Translations under genes and position numbers: made by a program
Notes under the pieces: model-generated
What the model was told of the DNA's origin: nothing
What the model saw: the letters and a program-made list of their open reading frames with translations, nothing else
The model's database searches: none
Assembly: GCA_001822815.1 (NCBI GenBank)
Contig: MHSR01000013.1
Coordinates: forward strand, 85,093 to 149,092
Source of the DNA: Candidatus Terrybacteria bacterium RIFCSPHIGHO2_01_FULL_43_35
GTDB lineage: Bacteria; Patescibacteriota; Minisyncoccia; Terrybacterales; GWB1-40-14
Reading direction: 5' to 3'
DNA length: 64,000 nucleotides
Shown here: one piece after another, positions 10,536 to 20,590 of the stretch
Position numbering within the stretch: position 1 is the stretch's first letter
Layout of the letters: every line of letters begins with the position of its first letter

Positions 10536-10540
10536 CCTGT

Positions 10541-11089
10541 ATGATATCTCTTCACGAAGGCGAAAAAATCTTATCCGTAAACAGAAAAGTATGGTTTGCC
10601 TTTGCGCCCATATATGGTTCTGCCATTGGCTTGATGACTATGCCTCTTATAGTATTGCCCTCAATCGGCGTTCTTCTTCCAATTAGCATAAATCAGCCGT
10701 TTCTTGGGGTGATGCTGCTGGTGGCGATATTTTGGATGTGGGCGGCGTGGATTTGGTTATTTTTGTCGCTACTTAATTACTATCTTGATATATTTATTTT
10801 AACTAATGAACGTATAATTCATATTGAGCAAAGGAGTCTTTTTAACCGGGTAGTTTCCGAAATACGTCTTTCGCGCGTTCAAGACATTACCATAACCATA
10901 CGAGGTTTTTTGCCCACGACGCTTAACTATGGAAATATACGCATACAAAGCGCAGCAGAAATACCAGAATTTGTGTTTACAGAGGTACGCTATCCAGAAA
11001 AACTGAAAGAATTGATAATGCAAGAACATCGCCACGCAGTTGCTCAAGAACATCTTTTGAGCAGACCGGTTAACCCTGCGACCAAATAA
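10541..11089 (+). CDS. Membrane protein with bacterial PH domain (bPH_2/YdbS-like)
   Basis: ILTNERII, RVQDI, LNYGNI.IQSA motifs after 2 TM. Confidence 0.85.
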   Translation: MISLHEGEKILSVNRKVWFAFAPIYGSAIGLMTMPLIVLPSIGVLLPISINQPFLGVMLLVAIFWMWAAWIWLFLSLLNYYLDIFILTNERIIHIEQRSLFNRVVSEIRLSRVQDITITIRGFLPTTLNYGNIRIQSAAEIPEFVFTEVRYPEKLKELIMQEHRHAVAQEHLLSRPVNPATK

Positions 11090-11169
11090 GAATGGCCCGC
11101 GCCGATTTTGCTTTCGTTTTTAAAAGCGGTTTTTCTTACAAGACTGTGGCTGCGTTTCTACTACCTGGT

Positions 11170-11892
11170 ATGCGTAAGTCTACGCTTATTTTAATTTTTC
11201 TTTTGGTTGTGTTTCCGCTTTATGCCCTAGGCAATAGTGGTATTGTTATAACTGAAATAATGTATGATTTACCCGGGGCAGATACCGGACGTGAATGGAT
11301 AAAAATATTTAATACGAGCAACGTATCTTTAGATTTAACGGACTGGAAATTCGTAGACAGCAGTGGTTCCCATGGTATTAATTCCCCACCTATCAACGGA
11401 GGACAGGGATCAATAGTTATTAATGCGGGACAATTTGCGGTTTTGGCCGATAAGGCTGATTTGTTTCTCAAAGACCATCCTAGTTTTTCGGATACAGTCC
11501 TGGATACGGTATTACGTCTAAAGAATTCATCGGATGCAATAAGTTTAACCTTACCAGATGGCACAGTAGCTACAAGTGCATACTATACTTCAACCGGGGG
11601 CGCCGACGGAAACGGCAAAACCCTTATGTTAAATGCGGCTGGGGCATGGCAAGAGAATCCTACTGTGTACGCGACGCCCCTCCAAGACAACAGCATAAAA
11701 ATTGTGGACTATGCCAAACCTCCTGACACCGATGATGGTATTCACGCTCCGCATACCGCTTCTGCTACTGACGGGGCTATTTCCGGACAATCAAATTCTT
11801 GGCCCAAAGAAATTGCTGTATTTTTTGGCGCAGGGCTGCTGGGCTCACTTGGCGGTTTGATTATATTTATGTTAAGACGCTTCAGGCCTTAA
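11170..11892 (+). CDS. Secreted lamin-tail-domain protein with C-terminal anchor
   Basis: Signal peptide MRKST; IVITEIMYD...EWI.IFN..DL.DWK, L.NS.D.I.L; ORF is open from 11092. Confidence 0.8.
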   Translation: MRKSTLILIFLLVVFPLYALGNSGIVITEIMYDLPGADTGREWIKIFNTSNVSLDLTDWKFVDSSGSHGINSPPINGGQGSIVINAGQFAVLADKADLFLKDHPSFSDTVLDTVLRLKNSSDAISLTLPDGTVATSAYYTSTGGADGNGKTLMLNAAGAWQENPTVYATPLQDNSIKIVDYAKPPDTDDGIHAPHTASATDGAISGQSNSWPKEIAVFFGAGLLGSLGGLIIFMLRRFRP

Positions 11893-11931
11893 TTTTAGAG
11901 TATAATAAAAATAATTATTAATATTACTTTT

Positions 11932-12657
11932 GTGTCGGGACATTCAAAGTGGTCGACAATCAAACATCAGAAAGAATCGCAGGATAAAAAACGCGGTCAA
12001 ATTTTCAGCAAGCTTGCTCGCGCAATTTCCATTGCCGCAAAAGACGGTGCAGACCCAGATAAAAACGCCAGGCTCCGCATGGAGATGGAGAAGGCACGAA
12101 AGTTCAACATGCCTAAAGACAATGTTACCAGGGCTATAGAACGCGGCAACGGCGCTACTGACGGAACAGCGCTTGAAAGTTTTACATACGATGCGTATGG
12201 GCCTGGCGGCGTTGCGCTTATTATCGAGGGGATATCGGATAACCGAAACAGGACCGCCGCTGAAATAAAGCGTATTTTAGCCGATCACGGAGGCAAAATG
12301 GCTGGAGAGGGTTCTGTAAATTGGATGTTTTCCCGTAGTGGAATTATCCGAACTTCTTTGCCAGAAGCCGCAAGCGCAAAAAAGGAAGCCTTATATTTAG
12401 ATATCATATCTGCTGGCGCAGAAGATATTATGGAAGCCGTCAACGGACTAAATATAATGGTGCCGGTCGAAAACATGGAGGCGGTGAAAAAAACTTTGTA
12501 TGATTACAATATTGAAATAGACGTTGTTTCTACAGAGTGGGTACCGAAGAACCGTGTTGTTGTGGCCGAAGACGATAAAAAACCCTTGGAAAGGCTTTTT
12601 GAGGCCCTGGATGAACACGATGATGTACAAGAGATATATTCTAATATGAAGGAATAA
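11932..12657 (+). CDS. yebC: YebC/PmpR family protein
   Basis: GTG start; SGHSKWSTIK, YGPGGVA, DNRNRT, DDVQEIYSN. Confidence 0.97.
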   Translation: MSGHSKWSTIKHQKESQDKKRGQIFSKLARAISIAAKDGADPDKNARLRMEMEKARKFNMPKDNVTRAIERGNGATDGTALESFTYDAYGPGGVALIIEGISDNRNRTAAEIKRILADHGGKMAGEGSVNWMFSRSGIIRTSLPEAASAKKEALYLDIISAGAEDIMEAVNGLNIMVPVENMEAVKKTLYDYNIEIDVVSTEWVPKNRVVVAEDDKKPLERLFEALDEHDDVQEIYSNMKE

Positions 12658-12665
12658 TTAATATG

Positions 12666-12800
12666 CCCAGTCATACAACTTCGACTGATCCGATTTCATC
12701 GAATCACAAACAACCGTTGAGGTTATAAAACTGGAAGTTATCTAATCAAATCAATTTCATAAAATTAGCCGAGTCTAATTGTCGAAGTTGATATACTGGG
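12666..12800. mobile_element. MITE-like element (family A) with TATG target duplication at the ruvC start
   Basis: ~20-bp imperfect TIRs cccagtcatacaacttcgac / gtcgaagttgatatactggg; TATG at 12662-12665 and 12801-12804. Confidence 0.75.
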
Positions 12801-12801
12801 T

Positions 12802-13281
12802 ATGCGCATACTTGGCATTGATCCTGGAATAGCTACGACAGGGTGGGGTCTTATTGAAGTTGCCGATCATAAATTAAAGTGTCTTGATTTTGGCACCATA
12901 CAAACCTCCAAAAATCTCGGGTCCGCCGAAAGATTAAATACGATTGCTTTAGAGCTTAGTATTATTCTTGATAAATCTTCTCCGGACTTAGTTATTGTCG
13001 AGGAGATTTTTTTCGCTAAAAACCGAAAAACTGCTGTAGCGGTTGCACAGGCGCGCGGCGTAATTATGGCGGTCGCCCACGGACACGGAGAGGTGTTAGA
13101 AATGACACCGCTTCAGGTTAAACAATTTATCGCCTTTTCCGGAAAAGCTGGCAAGGAAAGGGTGGGTGTAATGGTTAAAAAATTTTTGGGTATGCGTAAT
13201 ATCCCCAAACCCGATGATGCGGCTGATGCCTTGGCCATAGCTGTGTGTGCGGCTTTTAACCGCAACAAAATACGTTTATAA
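12802..13281 (+). CDS. ruvC: Holliday junction resolvase RuvC
   Basis: ILGIDPG..TGWG, VEEIFF, QARG, DDAADALAIA. Confidence 0.96.
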   Translation: MRILGIDPGIATTGWGLIEVADHKLKCLDFGTIQTSKNLGSAERLNTIALELSIILDKSSPDLVIVEEIFFAKNRKTAVAVAQARGVIMAVAHGHGEVLEMTPLQVKQFIAFSGKAGKERVGVMVKKFLGMRNIPKPDDAADALAIAVCAAFNRNKIRL

Positions 13282-13285
13282 ACAT

Positions 13286-13313
13286 AAAAAGCCGCGCCAA
13301 AAGCGCGGTTTTT
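13286..13313. terminator. Bidirectional intrinsic terminator
   Basis: AAAAAGCCGCGC-caaaa-GCGCGGTTTTT between convergent genes. Confidence 0.75.
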
Positions 13314-13346
13314 ATTTTAGTTAAACAAATAATTCTACGGTTTGGG

Positions 13347-13508
13347 TTATTCGTCTCCGCCATCTGATTCTAGATCCTCTTCGTCGGACAGATCTTCATC
13401 TTCCGAATCCTCTTCCGTAGAATCGGCGTCGTCTACGGCCAAATCTCCCAAATCATCGTCTTCTGGAGCGTTGATGATTGTATTTTGATTAAAAATTTCT
13501 TCAAACAT
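13347..13508 (-). CDS. 53-aa hyper-acidic microprotein (absent from the ORF track)
   Basis: MFEEIFNQNTIINAPEDDDLGDLAVDDADSTEEDSEDEDLSDEEDLESDGGDE*; SD GGGGAGGTGA just upstream. Confidence 0.75.
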   Translation of the reverse strand: MFEEIFNQNTIINAPEDDDLGDLAVDDADSTEEDSEDEDLSDEEDLESDGGDE

Positions 13509-13560
13509 ACTGCTCACCTCCCCTCAAAACAAAAGTTTAATGATGTTTTGATAAGATCAG

Positions 13561-13692
13561 CCTCGTTAGAAATTTACGGTAACTTTTCCGGTTAGAAAAG
13601 GTCGCGGCCTTTTCTAACTCCTTCTTGTTTTTTGCAAAGGCCAAAAAGTGTTCGCGGCCAAAATCCTTAATTTCTGTAAATTTCTAACGGGG
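13561..13692. mobile_element. CCCGTTAGA...TCTAACGGG element (family B) with a nested copy
   Basis: Outer IR cctcgttagaaatttacgg / ctgtaaatttctaacgggg; inner gttagaaaagg / ccttttctaac at 13591-13618. Confidence 0.75.
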
Positions 13693-13700
13693 TCAACGCC

Positions 13701-13728
13701 ATTATAAACAGGCAAGAGGCGGTGTCAA
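13701..13728 (-). promoter_or_regulatory. Consensus sigma70 promoter for the acidic microprotein
   Basis: TTGACA-16 bp-TATAAT on minus strand. Confidence 0.75.
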
Positions 13729-13729
13729 G

Positions 13730-14956
13730 TTATTTTTGGCTAGATCTAGGCTTTATTTTATAGGCTTTTTTCCCGTACTTCACAATATGTTCTTTTGTAA
13801 TATCAACTTGGGGGTAAGGATTATCTGTAGCGAGCTCTCCGTCTATATAAACCGCACGCTGGGAAATGAGACGCCTTGCTGCACTTGTTGTTGCCGTGGC
13901 TCCGCTGACAGAAAGAAAATGCGGTAAATCAAAAGTCTTCCCCTGATCTTCTGGGCCAATTTTTTCAGGGGTTCTTGTTGGTATCTTTTTTTCTTTGTTT
14001 ACTCGTATGAATTCGTCTTTAGACTTTTCTGCTTCTTCTTGACCCCATATCCATTCAACTATGGTATGTGCCAATAATTCTTTTTCGTCACGAGGATTTA
14101 TTTTTTTAGTCTTCATTGCGGCGCTAGCTCCATCTATTTCCTCCTGCGGTCTATCCGTCAGCAAGGTAAAATACGTAGATATCACATCGTCAGGGATAGA
14201 CATTATTTTACCGAATTGTTCCTGTGCCGCCTCGCTTAATCCTATCGTGTTGCCTAACGATTGCGACATTTTTTTCTTGCCGTCTGTTCCAGGAAGAACC
14301 TCGAGAGCGATAATACCTTGCGGTTCTTGGTTGTAAATTTTTTGCAGGTGTCTTCCGGCTAATTCATTGAAAATCTGGTCTGAACCAATCACGGTCAGGT
14401 CTGATTTAAGCATTACAGAATCATACCCCTGCAGGATCGGATATAAAAGCTCGTGTAGCGCCACCTCCTTGCCTTTTTTTATCCTTTCTTGGAACATGTC
14501 TCGTTCTAATATCTGCGCTGTAGTGAAATTAGCAAGAATAGAAAAAAGTTCTTCAAGCTTCATCGTATCGTACCATTCGCTATTGAAATGCACTTCTAGT
14601 TTTTCTGGATCGAGAATTCGTGAAATCTGCTCAACATATGAATCTGCAAGTTTTCTAACTTCGGCGGCGTTTCGCATGCCGCGTGATTCCATCCTGCCGG
14701 TCGGATCCCCGAAGCGCGCGGTAAAATCGCCCACAAGGAAAACTATCGTGTGGCCTAGATCCTGCAAGGCTTTCAGTTTACGGTATATAACTGCATAACC
14801 AAGATGAAGTTGGTTGCCGGTCGGATCAATACCGTGTTTTATGCGCAGTGGTCTGCCAGAAAGAATATTCTTTTCTATCTCATCCTCTTTGATCAGTTTT
14901 ACTACTCCCCTCTTCAAAATATCCTGCTGTTTTTTTCCCGTGATATTTTTGGTCAT
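13730..14956 (-). CDS. tyrS: Tyrosine--tRNA ligase
   Basis: GIDPTG..LHLG, GDFTA..GDP, LYP.LQGYD, KMSQS, C-terminal S4 domain. Confidence 0.95.
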   Translation of the reverse strand: MTKNITGKKQQDILKRGVVKLIKEDEIEKNILSGRPLRIKHGIDPTGNQLHLGYAVIYRKLKALQDLGHTIVFLVGDFTARFGDPTGRMESRGMRNAAEVRKLADSYVEQISRILDPEKLEVHFNSEWYDTMKLEELFSILANFTTAQILERDMFQERIKKGKEVALHELLYPILQGYDSVMLKSDLTVIGSDQIFNELAGRHLQKIYNQEPQGIIALEVLPGTDGKKKMSQSLGNTIGLSEAAQEQFGKIMSIPDDVISTYFTLLTDRPQEEIDGASAAMKTKKINPRDEKELLAHTIVEWIWGQEEAEKSKDEFIRVNKEKKIPTRTPEKIGPEDQGKTFDLPHFLSVSGATATTSAARRLISQRAVYIDGELATDNPYPQVDITKEHIVKYGKKAYKIKPRSSQK

Positions 14957-15097
14957 ATATACATAATATTAACACATTAATAACATTGCGGCGGTGTGTG
15001 CTTGGCCTGGTGGGACTTGTTAAATTTTGCTTTTTGACTGGCTGAGTATAATATTAATATGTCTAGATTTAAACCTTAGTGGGCTTGGCGGTGCGTT

Positions 15098-17635
15098 ATG
15101 AGAAAAACGGTTTATCTTAAAAGTTCGCGCAGGGCTTTATTGTTTTTATGGAGAAGGGCCGCGCTTTTGGTTAGAGGGTCAGTTTTATTATTGATTTTTG
15201 TCCTCATTATAACTGGTGGTATTTTTATATGGGCAGCGAGAAACCTTCCTCCGCCCGAAGCTTTTGCTTCGAGGCGTGTTAGCGAATCCACTAAAATTTA
15301 TGATCGCACGGGAACGGTGCTTCTTTATGACGTTCACGGAAACGAAAAAAGGACCGTTGTGCCGCTGGATCAAATACCTATTTTTGTACAGCAGGCGTTT
15401 GTAGTTACAGAAGATGACCAATTTTACAGCCATATAGGCATAGATATTCAAGGAATAGGTCGGTCTTTTATTAAAAATTTGACTAACCAAGACATTCAAC
15501 AGGGTGGTTCAACCATCACCCAACAGCTGATACGTAACGCGATTCTAACTCCTGAAAAAACGTTTGGCAGAAAAATTAAAGAGATAATTTTATCGTTTGA
15601 AATAGAAGCTAGATATTCTAAAGATGAAATTTTGGATTTTTATTTGAATCAGATACCATTTGGTTCAAATGTCTACGGGGTTGAAGCGGCCAGCGAGGTA
15701 TACTTGGGCAAGAAGGTAAACGATTTGTCTATAAGCGACAGCGCCATAATAGCCGCTCTGCCAAAAGCACCTACCTATTACTCTCCTTGGGGATCTAACA
15801 AAGAAAGGCTGTTGGAGAGAAGAGATTTTATATTGAAGCGCATGGCTGATAAAAATGTTATAAATCGGGACGAGCTTGCCGTAGCCTTAGCAGAAAAACC
15901 CACCTTTTTGCCACCTAAAAACAACATACGTGCTCCTCATTTTGTTTTTGAGGTTCGAGAACAACTAGAAAAACAGTTTGGTAAGGATGTCGTGGAGGAA
16001 GGAGGATTAAAAGTAATAACCAGTATAGATCTTAATCTACAGGATATAGCCGAGGAGATCGTTTCGCGCAATGCTTACCGGAATGAAAAACAGTGGCGCG
16101 CAACCAATGCGGCGCTTGTGGCCATCGATCCTTTATCTGGTGAGGTTTTGACGATGGTGGGCTCAAGAGATTATTTTGATCTAGCCCACGATGGCAATGT
16201 TAACGTTACGACAAGACTTAGACAACCTGGTTCTTCTTTTAAACCAATAGTTTATGCCTCGGCTTTTAAACGGGGCTTTACTCCAAATACTGTACTTTTC
16301 GATGTATCTACGGAATTTGCGGCAAGTGGAGCTACGTCCTATCGCCCCGATAACTATGACGGTGCATTTCGTGGACCTGTAACAATGCGCACCGCCTTAG
16401 CTAACTCCCTTAACATACCGTCCGTAAAAACGCTATATCTAGCAGGCATTGCAGAAAGCATAGAAACGGCTAAGGATCTTGGGATAACAACGTTAAGCGA
16501 TGCGGATACTTACGGCTTGGCTTTAGTTTTGGGCGGAGCAGAAGTAAAATTACTGGAAGAAACTTCTGCTTTTGGTGTTTTTGCTACAGAAGGAATGAAG
16601 GCTTCTCCTGCCATTATACTCCGCATCGAAGACAATCGTGGTAATACGTTGTTTGACTATAAGCCTCGCCCAGTAAGAGTTTTGGATCAACAAATAGCCA
16701 GAAATATTACTGATATTTTATCCGATAACCAAGCTCGATCTCTGGTTTTTGGATTATCGACTCCTTTAATACTTGGCGATAGACCGGTTGCCGCAAAAAC
16801 CGGCACAACACAAGACTTTAGGGACGGTTGGACGGTAGGTTATACCCCATCTTTGGTAGCTGGAGTTTGGGTAGGAAATAATGACAACACGCCTATGAAA
16901 AAAGGCGCCGATGGCGTTGTCGTTGCCGCACCAATATGGAACGACTTCATGACTAAGGCATTAAAAAATAAATCGACCGAATCTTTTAACAGGCCAGATC
17001 CGATTATCACCGGCAAACCAATATTAGATGGTAATTTTGTTGTAGAAACTCCGGTTAGAATAGATCGTGTTTCTGAGAAAAGAGCCACATCGGCAACGCC
17101 ACTAGAATTTGTTGAAGAGCGTTTATTCCGTGAGGTTCACTCGATACTTTTTTGGGTTGACAAAAACGATCCTCAGGACAATACTCCAAAATCACCATCG
17201 GATGATCCTCAATATGACAACTGGGAAACGGCTGTACAAAATTGGGTCGCGGCCAATAAAAACGCTTTGGGCGTTTTGGGTCCCCCTCCGAACGATTTCG
17301 ATGATACTCACACGCAAGAACGCGCTCCTAAAATATCTTTCCTCACCCCAAAGGAAAATTCGTCTGTAGCCAGCTATCAACGTTTGCCGGTAGAAATATC
17401 GGTTGATGCGCCTTTCGGAATAAACCAAGTTTTGGTATTAACAGATGGTTCTGTTGTGGGACGCCTTTTTGAAAGTTCTTTAGGGACAACTCTAAAAGGC
17501 AGTTTTTATCCGCAGTGGAAAAAAGACGATATCACGCCCGGAGATTTCCAAGAGAAAGAACACCTTGTCACTGTTAGGGCTTTTGATCGCGTCGGGAATG
17601 TGGGCGAGACAACGATTTCTGTTTATCTGCAATAG
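15098..17635 (+). CDS. Class A penicillin-binding protein (PBP1A family) with C-terminal Ig-like domain
   Basis: TEDDQFY.H.G, GGSTITQQL, RKIKE; SSFK, SLN, KTGT motifs. Confidence 0.95.
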   Translation: MRKTVYLKSSRRALLFLWRRAALLVRGSVLLLIFVLIITGGIFIWAARNLPPPEAFASRRVSESTKIYDRTGTVLLYDVHGNEKRTVVPLDQIPIFVQQAFVVTEDDQFYSHIGIDIQGIGRSFIKNLTNQDIQQGGSTITQQLIRNAILTPEKTFGRKIKEIILSFEIEARYSKDEILDFYLNQIPFGSNVYGVEAASEVYLGKKVNDLSISDSAIIAALPKAPTYYSPWGSNKERLLERRDFILKRMADKNVINRDELAVALAEKPTFLPPKNNIRAPHFVFEVREQLEKQFGKDVVEEGGLKVITSIDLNLQDIAEEIVSRNAYRNEKQWRATNAALVAIDPLSGEVLTMVGSRDYFDLAHDGNVNVTTRLRQPGSSFKPIVYASAFKRGFTPNTVLFDVSTEFAASGATSYRPDNYDGAFRGPVTMRTALANSLNIPSVKTLYLAGIAESIETAKDLGITTLSDADTYGLALVLGGAEVKLLEETSAFGVFATEGMKASPAIILRIEDNRGNTLFDYKPRPVRVLDQQIARNITDILSDNQARSLVFGLSTPLILGDRPVAAKTGTTQDFRDGWTVGYTPSLVAGVWVGNNDNTPMKKGADGVVVAAPIWNDFMTKALKNKSTESFNRPDPIITGKPILDGNFVVETPVRIDRVSEKRATSATPLEFVEERLFREVHSILFWVDKNDPQDNTPKSPSDDPQYDNWETAVQNWVAANKNALGVLGPPPNDFDDTHTQERAPKISFLTPKENSSVASYQRLPVEISVDAPFGINQVLVLTDGSVVGRLFESSLGTTLKGSFYPQWKKDDITPGDFQEKEHLVTVRAFDRVGNVGETTISVYLQ

Positions 17636-17927
17636 TTATTATAATTTCCTTTACTGGCGTTTTTGGAAAGCGCACCTCTAGCGCTTTTTTTATCTTATCG
17701 CTTAACAGGTAGACTTGCGCCGCCCACTGCGCATTCGGGGCGCTTATAATGAGTTTATGGTTTCGGAACTGTTTTATTGTTACGCTATATTTTATTTTTT
17801 TATTTTCGGAAAACTCCTTTTTTAAGATACTTGTAGCCGCCTCTTCAATATTTTTTTCGTTTAGTTTTTCTCGCACCCCCAAAGCTTCTACTCTTCTGGG
17901 TAGTAAGGTCTTGATGTTCGTAAACAT
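17574..17927 (-). CDS. dciA: DciA (DUF721) family protein
   Basis: Directly downstream of dnaN; L.I.APNAQWAAQV..L...I...L pattern; 3' end overlaps the PBP gene. Confidence 0.7.
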   Translation of the reverse strand: MFTNIKTLLPRRVEALGVREKLNEKNIEEAATSILKKEFSENKKIKYSVTIKQFRNHKLIISAPNAQWAAQVYLLSDKIKKALEVRFPKTPVKEIIITIADKQKSLSRPHSRRDQKP

Positions 17928-17952
17928 GATAATAACCTCTCGAAGCTTTATT

Positions 17953-19065
17953 TTATAGCTTAATCGGCATCAAAAGATAAAGTTGTTTGTTTTCTTCTTT
18001 TTCTGGTCTTATCATTCCTGGTTTGTTTTCTCCGCACAAGTAAAACGTGATGTTCTCGTCTTTAAAACCTTCTAGTCCGTCAATCAGATATTTTGAATTA
18101 AACACCGCGTTGACGCTTTCTCCTTTTGCGCTTTTGGTTTCTACTTTAGTTTCCAATACCCCTTTGTTTGGATCTTCACTTTTGATTTCTATTGTTTTTG
18201 CTTCGGTTTTAAAGGATAAATGGATATCATTTAAACGACTGGTTAATATATTAGCGGCTCGTACCTGATTTAAAAAAACTTCTCTAGCAACAACGAAAGT
18301 GGTTTTTGTTTCTTGGGGAATTATGTGTTTGTAATTAGGATAATTACCGTCTATAAGCCGTGAAACAAGGCTGGTTTTTCCAGCTCTAATTTCGATGTGG
18401 TTCTTATCCAACAAGAAATTTATTTTACTTTCTTGAACCGCTGAAAAAATTCTTATTATTTCTTGGGCGCATTGAAGGGGTATAATATACTGGCCCTCTT
18501 TCTGCTCCTTATTTATATCAATTTTTCTCTCCCCTAATCTAAACGTGTCCGTCGCCACAAGTGTTAAGTTCCCGTTAGAAAAATCTAAAAAAAGGCCGGA
18601 AATTTCGGGCCTAGATTCAGATACGGCAATAAGTGGCAGTAGAGATTGTAGATTAGACAAAAGAGAGCTTTTCTCTATTTCGTTTTGGTTCTCTTCGTTA
18701 ATTTTCGGAAGAAGTGGAAATTCGTCCCCGTCTTCGTGTTTAATCTTAAAGTTAAGTGCACCGTTTTCTATATACAGAAAAAGGGTCTGTTTTGTTGTGT
18801 AAAGATGTATTGGTTCGTTTGCGAATGTACTGGAAACGTCGCTTAAAATTTTTGCTGGAACGGCTACGCTACCCTTTGTTTTGATTTTTGCTGGAACGAT
18901 AGTAAAAGCCCCTAGTTCAAGATTAGTTGATTGAAAAGATAATCCAGAATCCTCCGTTTTTATTAGTATATTTTGTAAAATTGGTAGAGTAGCGTGTTTA
19001 TTCCAAATACGTTCAACAACACGAAGACCCTCCCTAAAATGTTCCGGTAAACACGTAATATCCAT
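17953..19065 (-). CDS. dnaN: DNA polymerase III beta clamp
   Basis: LPILQNILI, TNLE, VATDTFRL, SRLIDGNYPNY, FN.KYL.D, LLMPI. Confidence 0.97.
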   Translation of the reverse strand: MDITCLPEHFREGLRVVERIWNKHATLPILQNILIKTEDSGLSFQSTNLELGAFTIVPAKIKTKGSVAVPAKILSDVSSTFANEPIHLYTTKQTLFLYIENGALNFKIKHEDGDEFPLLPKINEENQNEIEKSSLLSNLQSLLPLIAVSESRPEISGLFLDFSNGNLTLVATDTFRLGERKIDINKEQKEGQYIIPLQCAQEIIRIFSAVQESKINFLLDKNHIEIRAGKTSLVSRLIDGNYPNYKHIIPQETKTTFVVAREVFLNQVRAANILTSRLNDIHLSFKTEAKTIEIKSEDPNKGVLETKVETKSAKGESVNAVFNSKYLIDGLEGFKDENITFYLCGENKPGMIRPEKEENKQLYLLMPIKL

Positions 19066-19213
19066 AATTAGTTCTTCTATATAATTCTAACGATTATTAG
19101 TAGCCAGCTTTAAACAGGAAGTGATTAAATAGTTTAAAATATAAAGGAAATTTAAAAAAACATTCTGAATAACTTGCGGATAACCGGTTCTTCACCAGCT
19201 CCTTTAGATTGTA
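19066..19213. other. Probable oriC unwinding region (dnaA-dnaN gap)
   Basis: DnaA-box-like TTATCCGCA (19175-19183) and TTATTCAGA (19164-19172) on minus, followed by an AT-rich tract. Confidence 0.55.
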
Positions 19214-20590
19214 TTACTCGTGTAAACGTAATCTTTCTTTTATAGTATTAATTTCATCAAAAATTTGGCCGTTCGTCCTACGTTCCTCCTCGATCTTTTC
19301 GCAGGCATGCATGACCGTAGTGTGGTCACGGCCGCCGATTTTACGTCCGATAAAAGGATAAGAATTCCTAAGTTCTTCTCTTAGGATATACATGGTTACC
19401 TGACGAGGTCGAACAACCTCTTGACGGCGACTCTTCTCTAGAATCTCGCGCTCTTCTATGTCATAAAAATCAGCCACAACCCGGATAACATCACGCCATG
19501 AACACTTCTTTTGAACTTTTATTGTACCGGACAAAAGTTTGTGTATTTCGTTTGGCGATATGTCTACTTGTCCACTAGTAGCTGAAACTCCTTTAACCAT
19601 GGCAACTCTATTTAAGGCTCCTTCAAGCTCGCGTATATTTTTTTGTATTATGTTAGCGATAGCCGTAAGGGTTTGTTCCGACAGCAATAATCCCCTTTCT
19701 ACGGATTTTGTTTTCAAAATAGCCATTCGTGTTTCAAAATCCGGAGGGGTTATATCAGCTATCATCCCCCCTTCGAAACGCGATCTCAGCCTTTCCTCAA
19801 GAGTGGGAATGGCTTTAGGCGGTCTGTCTGAGCTGAAAACCACTTGTTTGTTTTCTGTTGATAAGGCGTTAAAAGTGTGGAAAAGTTCTTCTTGAGTCCG
19901 TTCCTTACCGGCTATGAATTGAATATCATCTATAATCAAAACATCTAATTGCCGATATTTTTCTTTAAATTCGTCTATAGTTCGGTTTTTAATCGAGGAA
20001 ACAAAATCGTTGGTGAATTTCTCACAGCTTATGTACCGTATTTTTAAACCAGCGCGTTTTTTCATGAGCGCATTACCAACAGCTTGTAAAAGATGCGTTT
20101 TCCCTAGCCCCACTCCGCCATAAATAAACAAAGGATTATAAACCATACCAGTTCTTTCAGTCACTGCTTTTGCTGCCGCGTGAGCCAACTCGTTGAATTG
20201 TCCGATAACAAAACCATCAAAAGTATAGCGCGGGTTCAAATTAGTTTCGCGGTCAACTTGAGAATGTTGCAGGGGCAGAGAAAGAATGCTGGGAGCAGAG
20301 GCTGGATTTTTGGCAGCATGCGATACCCCGTTTTCTCTGTGTTGAGTTTTGCCTACGACGAATTGAATATCTCTTATCTCATTATCTTTTGTGCGCAAAG
20401 ATTTTAATATAGGCTTTCTATATTTGGTTTCTAGCCATTCTTTGGCAAAGGCATTTGGTACGCTCACCACCGCCAAGCCATCTTTTTTGTCGTAAAGAAC
20501 CGTTTTTTGGAACCAGGTAATAAAATTAGCCCTTGAAAGAGATAATTCTAATTCTCCTAGCACAAGCTGCCATAGATCATCTTTGGTCAT
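19214..20590 (-). CDS. dnaA: Chromosomal replication initiator DnaA
   Basis: YNPLFIYGGVGLGKTHL, IDDIQF, RELEGAL, GGRDHTTV. Confidence 0.98.
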   Translation of the reverse strand: MTKDDLWQLVLGELELSLSRANFITWFQKTVLYDKKDGLAVVSVPNAFAKEWLETKYRKPILKSLRTKDNEIRDIQFVVGKTQHRENGVSHAAKNPASAPSILSLPLQHSQVDRETNLNPRYTFDGFVIGQFNELAHAAAKAVTERTGMVYNPLFIYGGVGLGKTHLLQAVGNALMKKRAGLKIRYISCEKFTNDFVSSIKNRTIDEFKEKYRQLDVLIIDDIQFIAGKERTQEELFHTFNALSTENKQVVFSSDRPPKAIPTLEERLRSRFEGGMIADITPPDFETRMAILKTKSVERGLLLSEQTLTAIANIIQKNIRELEGALNRVAMVKGVSATSGQVDISPNEIHKLLSGTIKVQKKCSWRDVIRVVADFYDIEEREILEKSRRQEVVRPRQVTMYILREELRNSYPFIGRKIGGRDHTTVMHACEKIEEERRTNGQIFDEINTIKERLRLHE

